Below, in pieces: positions 19,333 through 28,529 of a stretch of 64,000 nt of DNA. The DNA is from Myxococcales bacterium. Lineage in GTDB: Bacteria; Myxococcota_A; UBA9042. A program made the position numbers and the translations under genes. A model generated the notes under the pieces. The model did not search any database and was not told where the DNA came from. It saw only the letters and a program-made list of their open reading frames with translations. Numbering within the stretch: position 1 is the first letter of the stretch; each line of letters opens with the position of its first letter. Location: contig JBBISH010000002.1 of NCBI GenBank assembly GCA_037441385.1, forward strand, positions 96,001 to 160,000, written 5' to 3'.

Positions 19333-20430
19333 GTGGGCAAGAAGCGCCCCTTCCGCCCCGCCAATTCCGGTCGCCGCGAGCGCGGACCGGCCTTGACAAT
19401 TCAGCTTGACGGGTCAACTGAGCCCGCCGGAACCGCCCAAGCTGGCCCAGAGGGTGCGAGCCCAGGTCCGAGCAACGAAGGCACGTCGTTTCAGCATATT
19501 ACCGTGCTAAGGAACGAGGTGGTCGCGGCGGTCCAGCGCGCCGCCAGCCTGAGCACCGACGAGCCCCAGTGGGTGGTGGACTGCACGTTGGGCGGCGGTG
19601 GCCACAGCGAGGCGATCTTGCAGGCCTTGCCGCAGGTTCGCCTGCTGGGCCTGGACCGGGATCCGGCGGCGCTGCAGGCTGCGACCGCGCGCCTGGTCAA
19701 CTTCGGCGATCGATTCGTGTGCGAGCACGCCGAGTTCGCCGAGCTGCAGCAGGTCTGGGCACGCCGACAACTGCCGCCGCTCTTGGCGGTGGTGGCGGAC
19801 CTGGGGGTGTCGTCGCACCAGTTCGACCGGCCCGAGCGCGGCTTCTCGCTGCGGCTCGACGGTCCGCTGGACATGCGCATGGACCCCAGCCGCGGCCCTA
19901 CCGCCCTGGAACTGCTTGCGGACGTGCGCCTGGAAGATCTGGCCGACGTGCTCTACGAGTACGGCGATATCCAGCGCTCGATCGGCACTGCGCGGATCCT
20001 GCTGGAGGAAGTCCAGGCCGGCGCGACCACCACGGCCCGGCTGGCCGATCGATTGGCGGCGCGACTTGGGCGTTCGCGCTCGATTCACCCGGCGACGCAG
20101 GTCTTTCAGGCCCTGCGAGTATGGGTGAACGGCGAGTATCGCCAGGTGCGAGCGCTGTTGGCGCAGGCACCTGGGCTGCTTGCTCCCGGCGGGGCGCTGG
20201 CGGTCATCAGCTTCCACTCGGGCGAGGATCGCCCCGTCAAGCAGACCATGGCCGAATTGGGTAAGCGCGGTGGGGAGTTCTGGCTCCCGCAGCGCAAGCC
20301 GGTCCTGCCCAGCGAGCAGGAGCAACAGCAGAACTCAAGGTCGCGCAGCGCCAAGCTACGAGTTCTGCACAAGAAGTCGCACCAGGATCCCGAACCGGAT
20401 TTGCCGGACGACGACCCCGACGACGCGTAA
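19333..20430 (+). CDS. rsmH: 16S rRNA m4C1402 methyltransferase RsmH (start uncertain)
   Basis: HITVL, DCTLGGGGHS, DLGVSSHQ, GPLDMRMD, HPATQVFQALR, ISFHSGED and SRSAKLR motifs. Confidence 0.96.
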   Translation: MGKKRPFRPANSGRRERGPALTIQLDGSTEPAGTAQAGPEGASPGPSNEGTSFQHITVLRNEVVAAVQRAASLSTDEPQWVVDCTLGGGGHSEAILQALPQVRLLGLDRDPAALQAATARLVNFGDRFVCEHAEFAELQQVWARRQLPPLLAVVADLGVSSHQFDRPERGFSLRLDGPLDMRMDPSRGPTALELLADVRLEDLADVLYEYGDIQRSIGTARILLEEVQAGATTTARLADRLAARLGRSRSIHPATQVFQALRVWVNGEYRQVRALLAQAPGLLAPGGALAVISFHSGEDRPVKQTMAELGKRGGEFWLPQRKPVLPSEQEQQQNSRSRSAKLRVLHKKSHQDPEPDLPDDDPDDA

Positions 20431-20618
20431 GAAAGACGATTACTGTCAACCATTTGGAGCAAACTCGCGATTTTCTTGACCGGATCCTGCAACGACCGAT
20501 AAAGATTGGTGCGGTGACCTGGCCGCAGACAAGTGCGCAGCGACACGAACGATCTGCTGCATAAACTGGGTGCACACAGCGAGTGCGCCAGCCTGGACCG
20601 AACCCTGGGGAGCCCGCC

Positions 20619-21095
20619 GTGACCAGTCCCGACAACGACCGCCTCAGCCCCTTGGACGACGACGCGCAAGACGACGCGGCCGGCGAGTCCGGGTACGACG
20701 ACGGTGTGGCGATGGCCGAAAACAGCGGGGATACGCCAGCTAAGGTCTCGACTTTGCAGCGTGTCTGGCAGTTCCTGCACCGCCCGTCGCCGACCCAGAC
20801 CGAGCGTGCGCGCCGCTCGGAGCAGCACTTCTGGCTGCGCGTGGTCGTGCTGCTGACGTTCTTTGGCGGGGTAGCGGCCCTGGGCATTCTGCGCGTCAAG
20901 CAGACCACCAAGGGAGTGCGCACGGCCTACGAATTGGTCAAGACGACCGATGAGTTGCGCGTGCAGATCGAGGAGAACCGCCGGCTAGAGGCCCAACTGA
21001 CCGGCCTGAAGAACCCGAACGAGCTGCGCAAAGAGGCGGCGGAACGCTTCGACATGCGCGCCCCGGCCGCGACCGACCAAGAGGAGATCGATTGA
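20619..21095 (+). CDS. ftsL: Cell division protein FtsL
   Basis: Follows rsmH; single TM then coiled coil ending A.ERFDMRAP; acidic N-terminal extension. Confidence 0.8.
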   Translation: MTSPDNDRLSPLDDDAQDDAAGESGYDDGVAMAENSGDTPAKVSTLQRVWQFLHRPSPTQTERARRSEQHFWLRVVVLLTFFGGVAALGILRVKQTTKGVRTAYELVKTTDELRVQIEENRRLEAQLTGLKNPNELRKEAAERFDMRAPAATDQEEID

Positions 21096-21898
21096 TGCCT
21101 GACCACAACCCCATATTCCGCCTGCGTTTTGCTGGCGTCGTCTTGGCCGCACTGGCCATGGCGTCGGGGTTGCTTGGTGGGTGCTCGTCGGCCGAGGTCG
21201 AGAAGCAGCAGCGCCTGGAGCAGGCTGACTTCCATTATCGCTTGGCAAACGGCTACTTCCATGCCGGCAGCGTCGATCTGGCCATCCGCGAGCTGATCTC
21301 GGCGCTGGAAATCGAGCAGAGCCACGCGGACAGCCGCTACCTCTACGGTTTCATCCTGTTTGGCCGCAAGCGCTACGAGGAAGCCGCGGAGCATTTCCGC
21401 AAGGCCCTGCAAAGCAAGCCGGACTTCTACGCCGCCCGCAACATCTTGGGCGCGACCTACATCGAGCTGGAGCGCTACTACGACGCCGTCGCGACTCTGG
21501 AGCCGCTGACGCGCGAGCCGCGCTACACCACGCCGTTCCATGCCTACAACAACTTGGGTTTGGCCTACTTCCGTCAGGGCGACCTGCGTCAGGCCGAAAA
21601 GAACTTCCGCATGGCGGTGTTCCACAACCCCAAATTCTGTCAGGGATACCGTAACTTGGGCCTGGTCCACGTGGCCCAGCGCGACTACGCCGCGGCGGTG
21701 GAGCAACTAACCGAGGCCGTGACACGTTGCCCGCGTTATGCCGAGCTCCACCTGCAGCGCGGCGAAGCCCTGGAGGCCGACCGCCGTTTTGACGAGGCCG
21801 ACAAAAGTTTCCAGAAGTGCGCCGATCTGGCCGGGGACACCCCCATTGGTCGGCGCTGCAAGGCCAGGCTGCGCGGGGCGGCCGGTGGGGGCGGCTAG
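21095..21898 (+). CDS. TPR lipoprotein, Tgl/PilF (type IV pilus pilotin)-like
   Basis: Lipobox LLGGC; about six TPRs (ARNILGATY, YTTP..AYNNLG, NPKFCQGYRNLG); paired C-terminal Cys; TGATG coupling to ftsL. Confidence 0.8.
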   Translation: MPDHNPIFRLRFAGVVLAALAMASGLLGGCSSAEVEKQQRLEQADFHYRLANGYFHAGSVDLAIRELISALEIEQSHADSRYLYGFILFGRKRYEEAAEHFRKALQSKPDFYAARNILGATYIELERYYDAVATLEPLTREPRYTTPFHAYNNLGLAYFRQGDLRQAEKNFRMAVFHNPKFCQGYRNLGLVHVAQRDYAAAVEQLTEAVTRCPRYAELHLQRGEALEADRRFDEADKSFQKCADLAGDTPIGRRCKARLRGAAGGGG

Positions 21899-21901
21899 AC
21901 C

Positions 21902-24403
21902 ATGCAACGCTCGATCCGAAATCTGGTACGCGGGGTCTTCCACCTGATCGACCGGGCCGGCAACAGCCCGTCGGCGCGGGCCGATCGCGCCAACCGCCGG
22001 CTCAAGTCGGTGGCGATCCTGATGGGCGCCTACATCATCGCGGCCTACTGCGCGGCGGTGGTGATGGTCATCAACGTAGACGGGGTGCGCAAGTACGCGG
22101 AAGGCAATGTGATGCTCCGCACGCGCGTCGAGACCCGCCGCGGGGATCTGGTCGACCGCAATGGCGTGACACTGGCGACCTCGCTGCGGGCCGACTCCGT
22201 GTCCGTCAACCCGCGCTGGCTGTTGCCGGGCGGCAAAAAGCCCAAGGACGACTGGGCCTTCAACTCCGCCAACGCCAAGGCCTACCGCGAGAAGGTGGCC
22301 GCGACGCTGGGCGAGTTGCTCAATCGGCCTGTCGAAGACCTGCTCGAGCGCGTCAACCGCGACACCGGCTTTGTCTATCTGGCCAAGAACATCAGCTACG
22401 TCCAGGCCGAGGCGGTGCGCATCGCCCTGAACGAGGGGCGGCTGCCCAAGGGCGTGACGCTCGAGCGCGAGTTTCAGCGCTTCTACCCCAACAATATGCT
22501 GGCGGGACCGCTGGTTGGGCGCCCGAGCCAGACCGGCAGCATCGAGGCCAGTTTCGACGGCTTGTTGCAGGGTCAGCAGGTCGAAATGCGGACGTACAAG
22601 GACTCAGCGGCCACGCCGATGTACCTGGACGGCGCGCCCGAGCCCAGCATCTACGGCGGCAAGTCGCTGGTGCTGACCATCGACGAGAAAATCCAAGCAG
22701 TGGCCGAGCATCACTTGGACGGGTCGGTGCAAGAATTCGGCGCAGCTTTTGGCATCGCTGCGGTGCTGGATGTCGAGACGAGTGAAATCCTGGCCCTGGC
22801 CACCTCGCCGTCGCTGAACCCCAACGACAGCAAGAACCCGCCCAAATACGGTTGGCACAATCCGGCGCTCGAGAATCAATACGAGCCGGGCTCTACCTTC
22901 AAGATCTTCAATCTGGCGATCGGCCTGGAAGAGAAGAAGGTCACGTTGGACGAGATCATCCCGGCCGGTGCCGGTTTTGCCCTGCCCGGCAAGATCATCA
23001 AAGACGACCACCCGCACGGCCAAGTGACCGGCAAGCAGTCGCTGCAGGTGTCCAGCAACATCGCCAACTGCAAGATCGCCATGCGCGTCAACCGCGAGCA
23101 CTACTACAACTACTTGACAGGCCTTGGCTTTGGCCGGCGCGTCGATCTGGGCATCATCGGCGAGAGCAATGGCCAACTGGCCAAGCCCGAAAAGTGGTCG
23201 CTCGTGCAGTTCTGCAACATCGGCTTTGGTCAGGGCGTGGCGACTACGCCGATGCAAATGGTGTCCGCGGTGGCAACGGTGGCCAACGGTGGCGTGTACC
23301 GGCGGCCGCGGTTGATCAAGCAAGAAGTGCGCGCCGACGGCAAGATCGACCGCGAGATCGGCCAGGATCCGGGGCGGCGGGTGTTTTCAGAGAACACGGC
23401 CAAGCAGGTCCTTGAGGCCATGGCCGCGGTGACCCAGCCGCGCGACCCCAAGGACCCGCACAGCCTGTCGGGCACGGCCACCAAGGCGCGCCTGCCCAAC
23501 TACTCGATCGGTGGCAAGACCGGCACGGCTCAACAGGCTGAGAATGGTCACTATTCGGACACGCACTGGGTGGGCTCGTTCATCGGGGTTGCGCCGATCG
23601 AGAAGCCGCGCCTGGTCATCTTCGTCGCCATCGACACGCCGACCAAGTACGACGAGCGCCTGGGCAAGATCGCCCGCTATGGCGGCATCGTGGCGGCGCC
23701 GGTCGCCCGCGAAATCGCCCGCTTTGCCTTGCCTTACCTGGGTGTGCCGGCCAGCCCCGGGGCCCCGTACCTGGACCGCGACGACCCTGAGAAGGCCCGC
23801 GCGCTCGACGCGGCCCACGCCGGCCAGGCCAAGAAGGCGGCCGAAAAGTTGGTGGCGGTGGCCGGGGGACCGGCGGTGCCGCCGGCGTTGGCGATGGATC
23901 TGCAGATGGCGCCTTCCGCAACGGCCGCCGCCGATCTGCCCGAGGACCAGGCGCGGGTGCCCGACGTGCGGACCCTGCCGATGCGCGTGGCGCGTCTGCG
24001 GATGGCGGCGGCGGGGCTGCACTTGGTGCCCCACGGCAGTGGTCTGGCGGTCAAGCAGGATCCGGCGCCTGGCCAGCAGGTCGCGAAGGGCAGCGCCGTC
24101 AAGGCCGATTTTGCCCGCCTGAGCGACGCTATCGAGGCCGAAGCGGCGCCCGCCAGCGCGGAGCCCGGTGGGCCTTCGGCAGGGGCGGCACCGCCCAAGG
24201 CGCCCGAGCCGGCCAAACCGGCGGCTCCCAGCGGCGATGCGGCCAAGCCCGCAGCCGCCAAGCCTGCGGCAGCAAAGCCCGGACCCGCTCAGCCCAATCC
24301 GGCCAAACCGGCCAAACCGGCTGCGGTCAAACCCGCAGCCCCAGCCAAGCCTGCAGCGCCTGTCAAACCCGCCGCCCAGCCGGCCGCCAACAAGAAGCTC
24401 TAG
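21902..24403 (+). CDS. ftsI: Class B penicillin-binding protein FtsI with PASTA domain and Pro/Ala/Lys-rich tail
   Basis: RRGDLVDRNG, RFYP, EPGSTFK (SxxK), SSN, KTGTAQ, and VPDVR...VKQDPAPG PASTA segment. Confidence 0.93.
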   Translation: MQRSIRNLVRGVFHLIDRAGNSPSARADRANRRLKSVAILMGAYIIAAYCAAVVMVINVDGVRKYAEGNVMLRTRVETRRGDLVDRNGVTLATSLRADSVSVNPRWLLPGGKKPKDDWAFNSANAKAYREKVAATLGELLNRPVEDLLERVNRDTGFVYLAKNISYVQAEAVRIALNEGRLPKGVTLEREFQRFYPNNMLAGPLVGRPSQTGSIEASFDGLLQGQQVEMRTYKDSAATPMYLDGAPEPSIYGGKSLVLTIDEKIQAVAEHHLDGSVQEFGAAFGIAAVLDVETSEILALATSPSLNPNDSKNPPKYGWHNPALENQYEPGSTFKIFNLAIGLEEKKVTLDEIIPAGAGFALPGKIIKDDHPHGQVTGKQSLQVSSNIANCKIAMRVNREHYYNYLTGLGFGRRVDLGIIGESNGQLAKPEKWSLVQFCNIGFGQGVATTPMQMVSAVATVANGGVYRRPRLIKQEVRADGKIDREIGQDPGRRVFSENTAKQVLEAMAAVTQPRDPKDPHSLSGTATKARLPNYSIGGKTGTAQQAENGHYSDTHWVGSFIGVAPIEKPRLVIFVAIDTPTKYDERLGKIARYGGIVAAPVAREIARFALPYLGVPASPGAPYLDRDDPEKARALDAAHAGQAKKAAEKLVAVAGGPAVPPALAMDLQMAPSATAAADLPEDQARVPDVRTLPMRVARLRMAAAGLHLVPHGSGLAVKQDPAPGQQVAKGSAVKADFARLSDAIEAEAAPASAEPGGPSAGAAPPKAPEPAKPAAPSGDAAKPAAAKPAAAKPGPAQPNPAKPAKPAAVKPAAPAKPAAPVKPAAQPAANKKL
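24150..24390 (+). repeat. Low-complexity coding repeats (PAKP/AAKP) in the FtsI tail
   Basis: Repeated GCCAAGCC/GCCAAACC units encoding AKP. Confidence 0.7.
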
Positions 24404-24410
24404 GATCATC

Positions 24411-27400
24411 ATGGACCTGCGCACGCTCATCGCCGCCGCCGAACTGCTGCCCGAAATGGCCGCCGGGGCCGATCTATCGGTCGCGGTGACGGGTGTGACG
24501 GCGGACTCGCGGCGCGTGCAGCCGGGCTCGGTATTCGTGGCCGTGTCGGGCGCGCGCCATCGCGGCATCGACTTCGTGCCGGCGGCGCTCCAGGCGGGCG
24601 CGGTGGCCGTGGTGGTGGATTCGGCACCGACTGCCGAGCAGCGCCGCATCTGGAACATCCCCATCCTGTTGGTAAACGACGCGCGCGCCGCCGTTGGGCC
24701 GCTGTGCAGTGCCTGGCATGGTCATCCCAGCCGGAGTATGCAAGTTATTGGAATTACGGGAACCAACGGCAAGACCACCACGACCGTGCTGATTGCCCAA
24801 CTTCTGACGGCGGCTGGGCACAAGGCGGCGGCCCTGGGCACCATCGGCCTGTGGACGCCAGACGGCGAGCGCCCCAGCAAGCTGACCACGCCCGATGCCG
24901 AGGACCTGCAAAAGACCTTGGCCGGCTTGCGCGACGAGGGCTTCAGCCACGTCGCCATCGAGGTCAGCAGCCACGCCCTGGACCAGCACCGGGTGGCCGG
25001 GGTGGCGTTTGCCGCCGCTGCGTGGACCAACCTGTCGCGCGATCACCTGGACTACCACGGCACCGAGGATCACTACGCGGCCGCCAAGGCAAAGCTCTTC
25101 AGCGACTACCGAATCTTGCCCGAGCGCGCCTTTGTCAATGGCGACGATCCGCGCGCCATGCAGCCCAGCGAGCGCGCCCAGGCCCAGGCTTGGAGCTTGG
25201 GTGGCAACCCGGCGGCGGAGCACCAGGTCGAAGGGCTGCGCTGCGACGCGACGGGCCTACAACTGGTCCTGCGCAGCTACGGCCACCGCGATCTGCCGCT
25301 CCAAGCCCCGCTGATCGGCCGGCACAATGCCGAAAACCTGGCGGCGGCAGTGTTGGTGGTGCGCGCGCTGGGTGTGGCCGACGCCGACATTCAAGCCGCG
25401 GCGCGGGCACTAGCGGCCCCTCGCGGCCGGCTGCAGCCGGTGGCCAATCAGCGCGACGCGCTGATCGTGGTCGACTACGCCCACACGCCCGACGCCTTGG
25501 TCCAGGTCCTGAAGGCGCTGCGGCCACTGGTGGGTCCTGGGCGGCGGCTGCTGGTGACCTTTGGTTGCGGCGGCGATCGCGACGCTGGCAAGCGCCCGCA
25601 GATGGGGCAAGTGGCCGCTGAGCTTGCCGATTTCACAATCGCCTCCTCAGACAATCCGCGCTCAGAGGCGCCGGAAGCGATCTTGGACGCCATCGTCGCG
25701 GGTCTGCGGCAGGCCGGTGCGGTGGCCGTGGGTGAACCGAACCTCACGATGGTCGACCAGTTGGGCAGCCACCACGGCTACTGGCCCTGCGTCGACCGCG
25801 CCGAAGCGATCCGCCGGGCGGTGGCACTGACCCGAGCCGGCGATGTGCTGTGCATCGCGGGCAAAGGTCACGAAACGACTCAAACGATCGGTGCAGTCGT
25901 GCGGCACTTCGACGACGTGCAAGAAGCGGCGCGCTGGCTGCAGCCGACCCACCGCGTACCCGCCAAGGTCCCCTTGGGTTTCGCCTTTGACAGCAGCACC
26001 GCCCGCGCCGTAGCGGACGGCACAGTGATCTGCGGCAGCGAGCGCTGGACCAACGCGCTGTGCACCGACAGCCGCACCGTCGCCGCCGGCAACCTGTTCG
26101 TCGCCCTGCCCGGCGAGTCGTTCGACGGCGGCCTGTACGTCGGCGATGCCCTGTCCAAGGGCGCGGTGGGCGTCGTCTGTGCGCGTGGACGCGGCGAGCC
26201 GCACGCGACGCTGGCTGCAGAGCGCGGCGCCTGGCTGCTGGAAGTGGACGACCCGCTGCGCGCCTTGGCGGATCTGGCCGCGGCCTATCGCAATCGCTTT
26301 GAACTCCCGGTGGTTGGCATCACCGGCAGCAATGGCAAGACGACCACCAAAGAGCTGACGTCGTTGGCCCTTTCGCCCCTGGCGGGCGAGGGGCAGGCCG
26401 TGCTGGCGACCCAGGGCAACCACAACAACCGCATCGGCGTCCCGCTGACGCTGGCACGCCTGACGCCGCAGCACGCGGCCGCCGTCGTCGAGATGGGGAT
26501 GAGCATTCCCGGCGAGATCGCCGAGTTGGCCCGGGCGGCGCGGCCGCAGTTGGCCCTCATCACCTCTGTGGCCGAAGCGCACCTGCTGGGCATGGGTACG
26601 GTGCAGGCGATCGCCGACGAGAAGTTCGACGCCGTTCGCGCGTTGCCGCCGTCGGGTGTGGCGATTCTGCCGAGCGAAGAGCCCCTGCTGCGGGCGCTGG
26701 CGGGCGAACTGCGCTGCAAGATCGTGTACTTCGGTCGGCGCAGCGGCGACGTTCACCTGGCCAGCGAGGTGGCGGTGGGCGGACTGGACAGCGATGCGCC
26801 CTGGCAGCGCTTTGACGTGCGGGTCGGCCAGCAGATCATGAGCGTGAAGCTGCCGGGGCTGGGCGTGCATCTGGCGGACCTGACGCTGGCGGCACTGGCG
26901 GCGGCGTGGCAGCTGGGCGTGGATTTGCCCAGTGCGGCCAAGGCGTTGTCGGCCTACCGCCCGGTGGGTCAGCGGATGCTGCCCGAGCGAATCGGTGGCT
27001 GGCTCGTCCTGCAGGATTGCTACAACGCCAACCCGCGCTCGACCGAAACGGCCATCGACACGCTGACTTGTCTGCCCGGTCCCCGAGCGGCGGTGTTGGG
27101 CTCTATGCTCGAGCTGGGTCCGCGCGAGGCCGAGTTGCACGCGCAGGTGGGACGCCATGCGGCGCGCCGCGGCGTGGATCTGCTCATCGCCGTGGGACCG
27201 ATGGCGCCGGCCTACCAGCAGGGCGCGCAAGGCCAAGGGACCACACGCGTCTTGACCTGCGCCAGCCACGCGGAGGCGGCCGAGCTGCTCGCACGCCACC
27301 ACAGCGGCGGAACGGTGCTGATCAAGGGTTCGCGCGGGGCGCGGATGGAGAACGTGGTCAACGCGCTGCGCCAGCACGCGGGCCAGGCCAGCCACGCCGC

Positions 27401-27416
27401 CCAAGGGGGGTGCTAG
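24411..27416 (+). CDS. murE-murF: Fused MurE-MurF ligase
   Basis: MurE half: GITGTNGKTT, TTPD, EVSSH, NLSRDHLDYH, VDYAHTPD, FGCGGDRD, DNPR, AGKGHE. MurF half, same frame: TDSR, GITGSNGKTTTKE, NNRIGVP, VEMG, DCYNANP, LIKGSRG. Confidence 0.95.
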   Translation: MDLRTLIAAAELLPEMAAGADLSVAVTGVTADSRRVQPGSVFVAVSGARHRGIDFVPAALQAGAVAVVVDSAPTAEQRRIWNIPILLVNDARAAVGPLCSAWHGHPSRSMQVIGITGTNGKTTTTVLIAQLLTAAGHKAAALGTIGLWTPDGERPSKLTTPDAEDLQKTLAGLRDEGFSHVAIEVSSHALDQHRVAGVAFAAAAWTNLSRDHLDYHGTEDHYAAAKAKLFSDYRILPERAFVNGDDPRAMQPSERAQAQAWSLGGNPAAEHQVEGLRCDATGLQLVLRSYGHRDLPLQAPLIGRHNAENLAAAVLVVRALGVADADIQAAARALAAPRGRLQPVANQRDALIVVDYAHTPDALVQVLKALRPLVGPGRRLLVTFGCGGDRDAGKRPQMGQVAAELADFTIASSDNPRSEAPEAILDAIVAGLRQAGAVAVGEPNLTMVDQLGSHHGYWPCVDRAEAIRRAVALTRAGDVLCIAGKGHETTQTIGAVVRHFDDVQEAARWLQPTHRVPAKVPLGFAFDSSTARAVADGTVICGSERWTNALCTDSRTVAAGNLFVALPGESFDGGLYVGDALSKGAVGVVCARGRGEPHATLAAERGAWLLEVDDPLRALADLAAAYRNRFELPVVGITGSNGKTTTKELTSLALSPLAGEGQAVLATQGNHNNRIGVPLTLARLTPQHAAAVVEMGMSIPGEIAELARAARPQLALITSVAEAHLLGMGTVQAIADEKFDAVRALPPSGVAILPSEEPLLRALAGELRCKIVYFGRRSGDVHLASEVAVGGLDSDAPWQRFDVRVGQQIMSVKLPGLGVHLADLTLAALAAAWQLGVDLPSAAKALSAYRPVGQRMLPERIGGWLVLQDCYNANPRSTETAIDTLTCLPGPRAAVLGSMLELGPREAELHAQVGRHAARRGVDLLIAVGPMAPAYQQGAQGQGTTRVLTCASHAEAAELLARHHSGGTVLIKGSRGARMENVVNALRQHAGQASHAAQGGC

Positions 27417-28526
27417 ATGTTCCTTTGGCTGTCGAACACCTTCCGCGGCGAATTCGGGGCGCTCAATGTGTTCCGCTACGTCACCTTCCGCAGCATCGGC
27501 GCGGCGGTGACGGCGCTGGTGATTGCGCTGGTCCTGTACCCGCGCTTCATCAAGCTGCTGCAGGTCAAGCAGATCGGTCAGGTGGTCCGCGATGACGGGC
27601 CCGAGGCGCATCTGAGCAAGCGCGGCACCCCCACCATGGGCGGTGTGCTGTTGCTGTTGGCGATGCTGCTGGCGGTCGGCTTGTGGACGGACTTGAGCAA
27701 CATCTTCGTCTGGCTGACCTGCGCCATCACGGCGCTGTACGGCGTGGTGGGCTTCATCGACGACTGGCTGAAGATCCGCGACAAGAACAGCAAGGGTGTG
27801 ACCGAGCGCCAGAAGCTGGCGACCCAGTTCGGCGGCGCGCTGCTGGTGTTTGGCGCGATGTACTTCGGTGTATTCGGCAAGGAGTTGGCCGATACGCACC
27901 TGTACCTGCCGTTTGCCAGTACCCACCACTTCTCGATTGATATCGGGCCGTTCCTCTACGTGCCGTTCGCCGCGCTGGTGGTGTTCGCCACCTCGACGAC
28001 CGTGAATTTCACAGACGGTCAAGACGGCCTGGTCAGCGTGCCCGCGGCGGTGTCGGCGACGACCTTCGGCGTCCTTTGCTACCTGACCGGCGCCAAGTTC
28101 GGCAACTTCGAAGTGGCCAAATACCTCCTGATTCCCGAGGTCAAGGGCGTGCAAGAGCTAGCGGTGGTCTGCTCGGCGCTGGTCGGCGCGACCCTGGCCT
28201 TCCTGTGGTACAACGCCTACCCGGCGCTGGTTTTCATGGGCGATGTCGGGGCCTTGGCCCTGGGCGGCGCGCTGGGCATGGTGGCCGTGCTCTCCAAGAA
28301 CGAGCTGCTGAGCTTGGTGGTCAACGGCGTCTTCGTCGCCGAAGGCGCTTCCGTCGTGCTGCAGCGCTACTACTACCGCCGCACCAAGAAGCGGCTGTTC
28401 CGCATGGCGCCGCTGCACCACCACTACCAGAAGGCCAACATGCCAGAAAGTAGAATCACGGTGCGGTTTTGGCTGGTCTCCGTCATGTTGTCGCTGGTCG
28501 CGCTGGCCAGCTTGAAGTTGAGGTGA
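27417..28526 (+). CDS. mraY: Phospho-N-acetylmuramoyl-pentapeptide transferase
   Basis: KRGTPTMGG, GFIDD, NFTDGQDG, FMGDVG and MAPLHHH motifs. Confidence 0.97.
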   Translation: MFLWLSNTFRGEFGALNVFRYVTFRSIGAAVTALVIALVLYPRFIKLLQVKQIGQVVRDDGPEAHLSKRGTPTMGGVLLLLAMLLAVGLWTDLSNIFVWLTCAITALYGVVGFIDDWLKIRDKNSKGVTERQKLATQFGGALLVFGAMYFGVFGKELADTHLYLPFASTHHFSIDIGPFLYVPFAALVVFATSTTVNFTDGQDGLVSVPAAVSATTFGVLCYLTGAKFGNFEVAKYLLIPEVKGVQELAVVCSALVGATLAFLWYNAYPALVFMGDVGALALGGALGMVAVLSKNELLSLVVNGVFVAEGASVVLQRYYYRRTKKRLFRMAPLHHHYQKANMPESRITVRFWLVSVMLSLVALASLKLR

Positions 28527-28529
28527 GCC

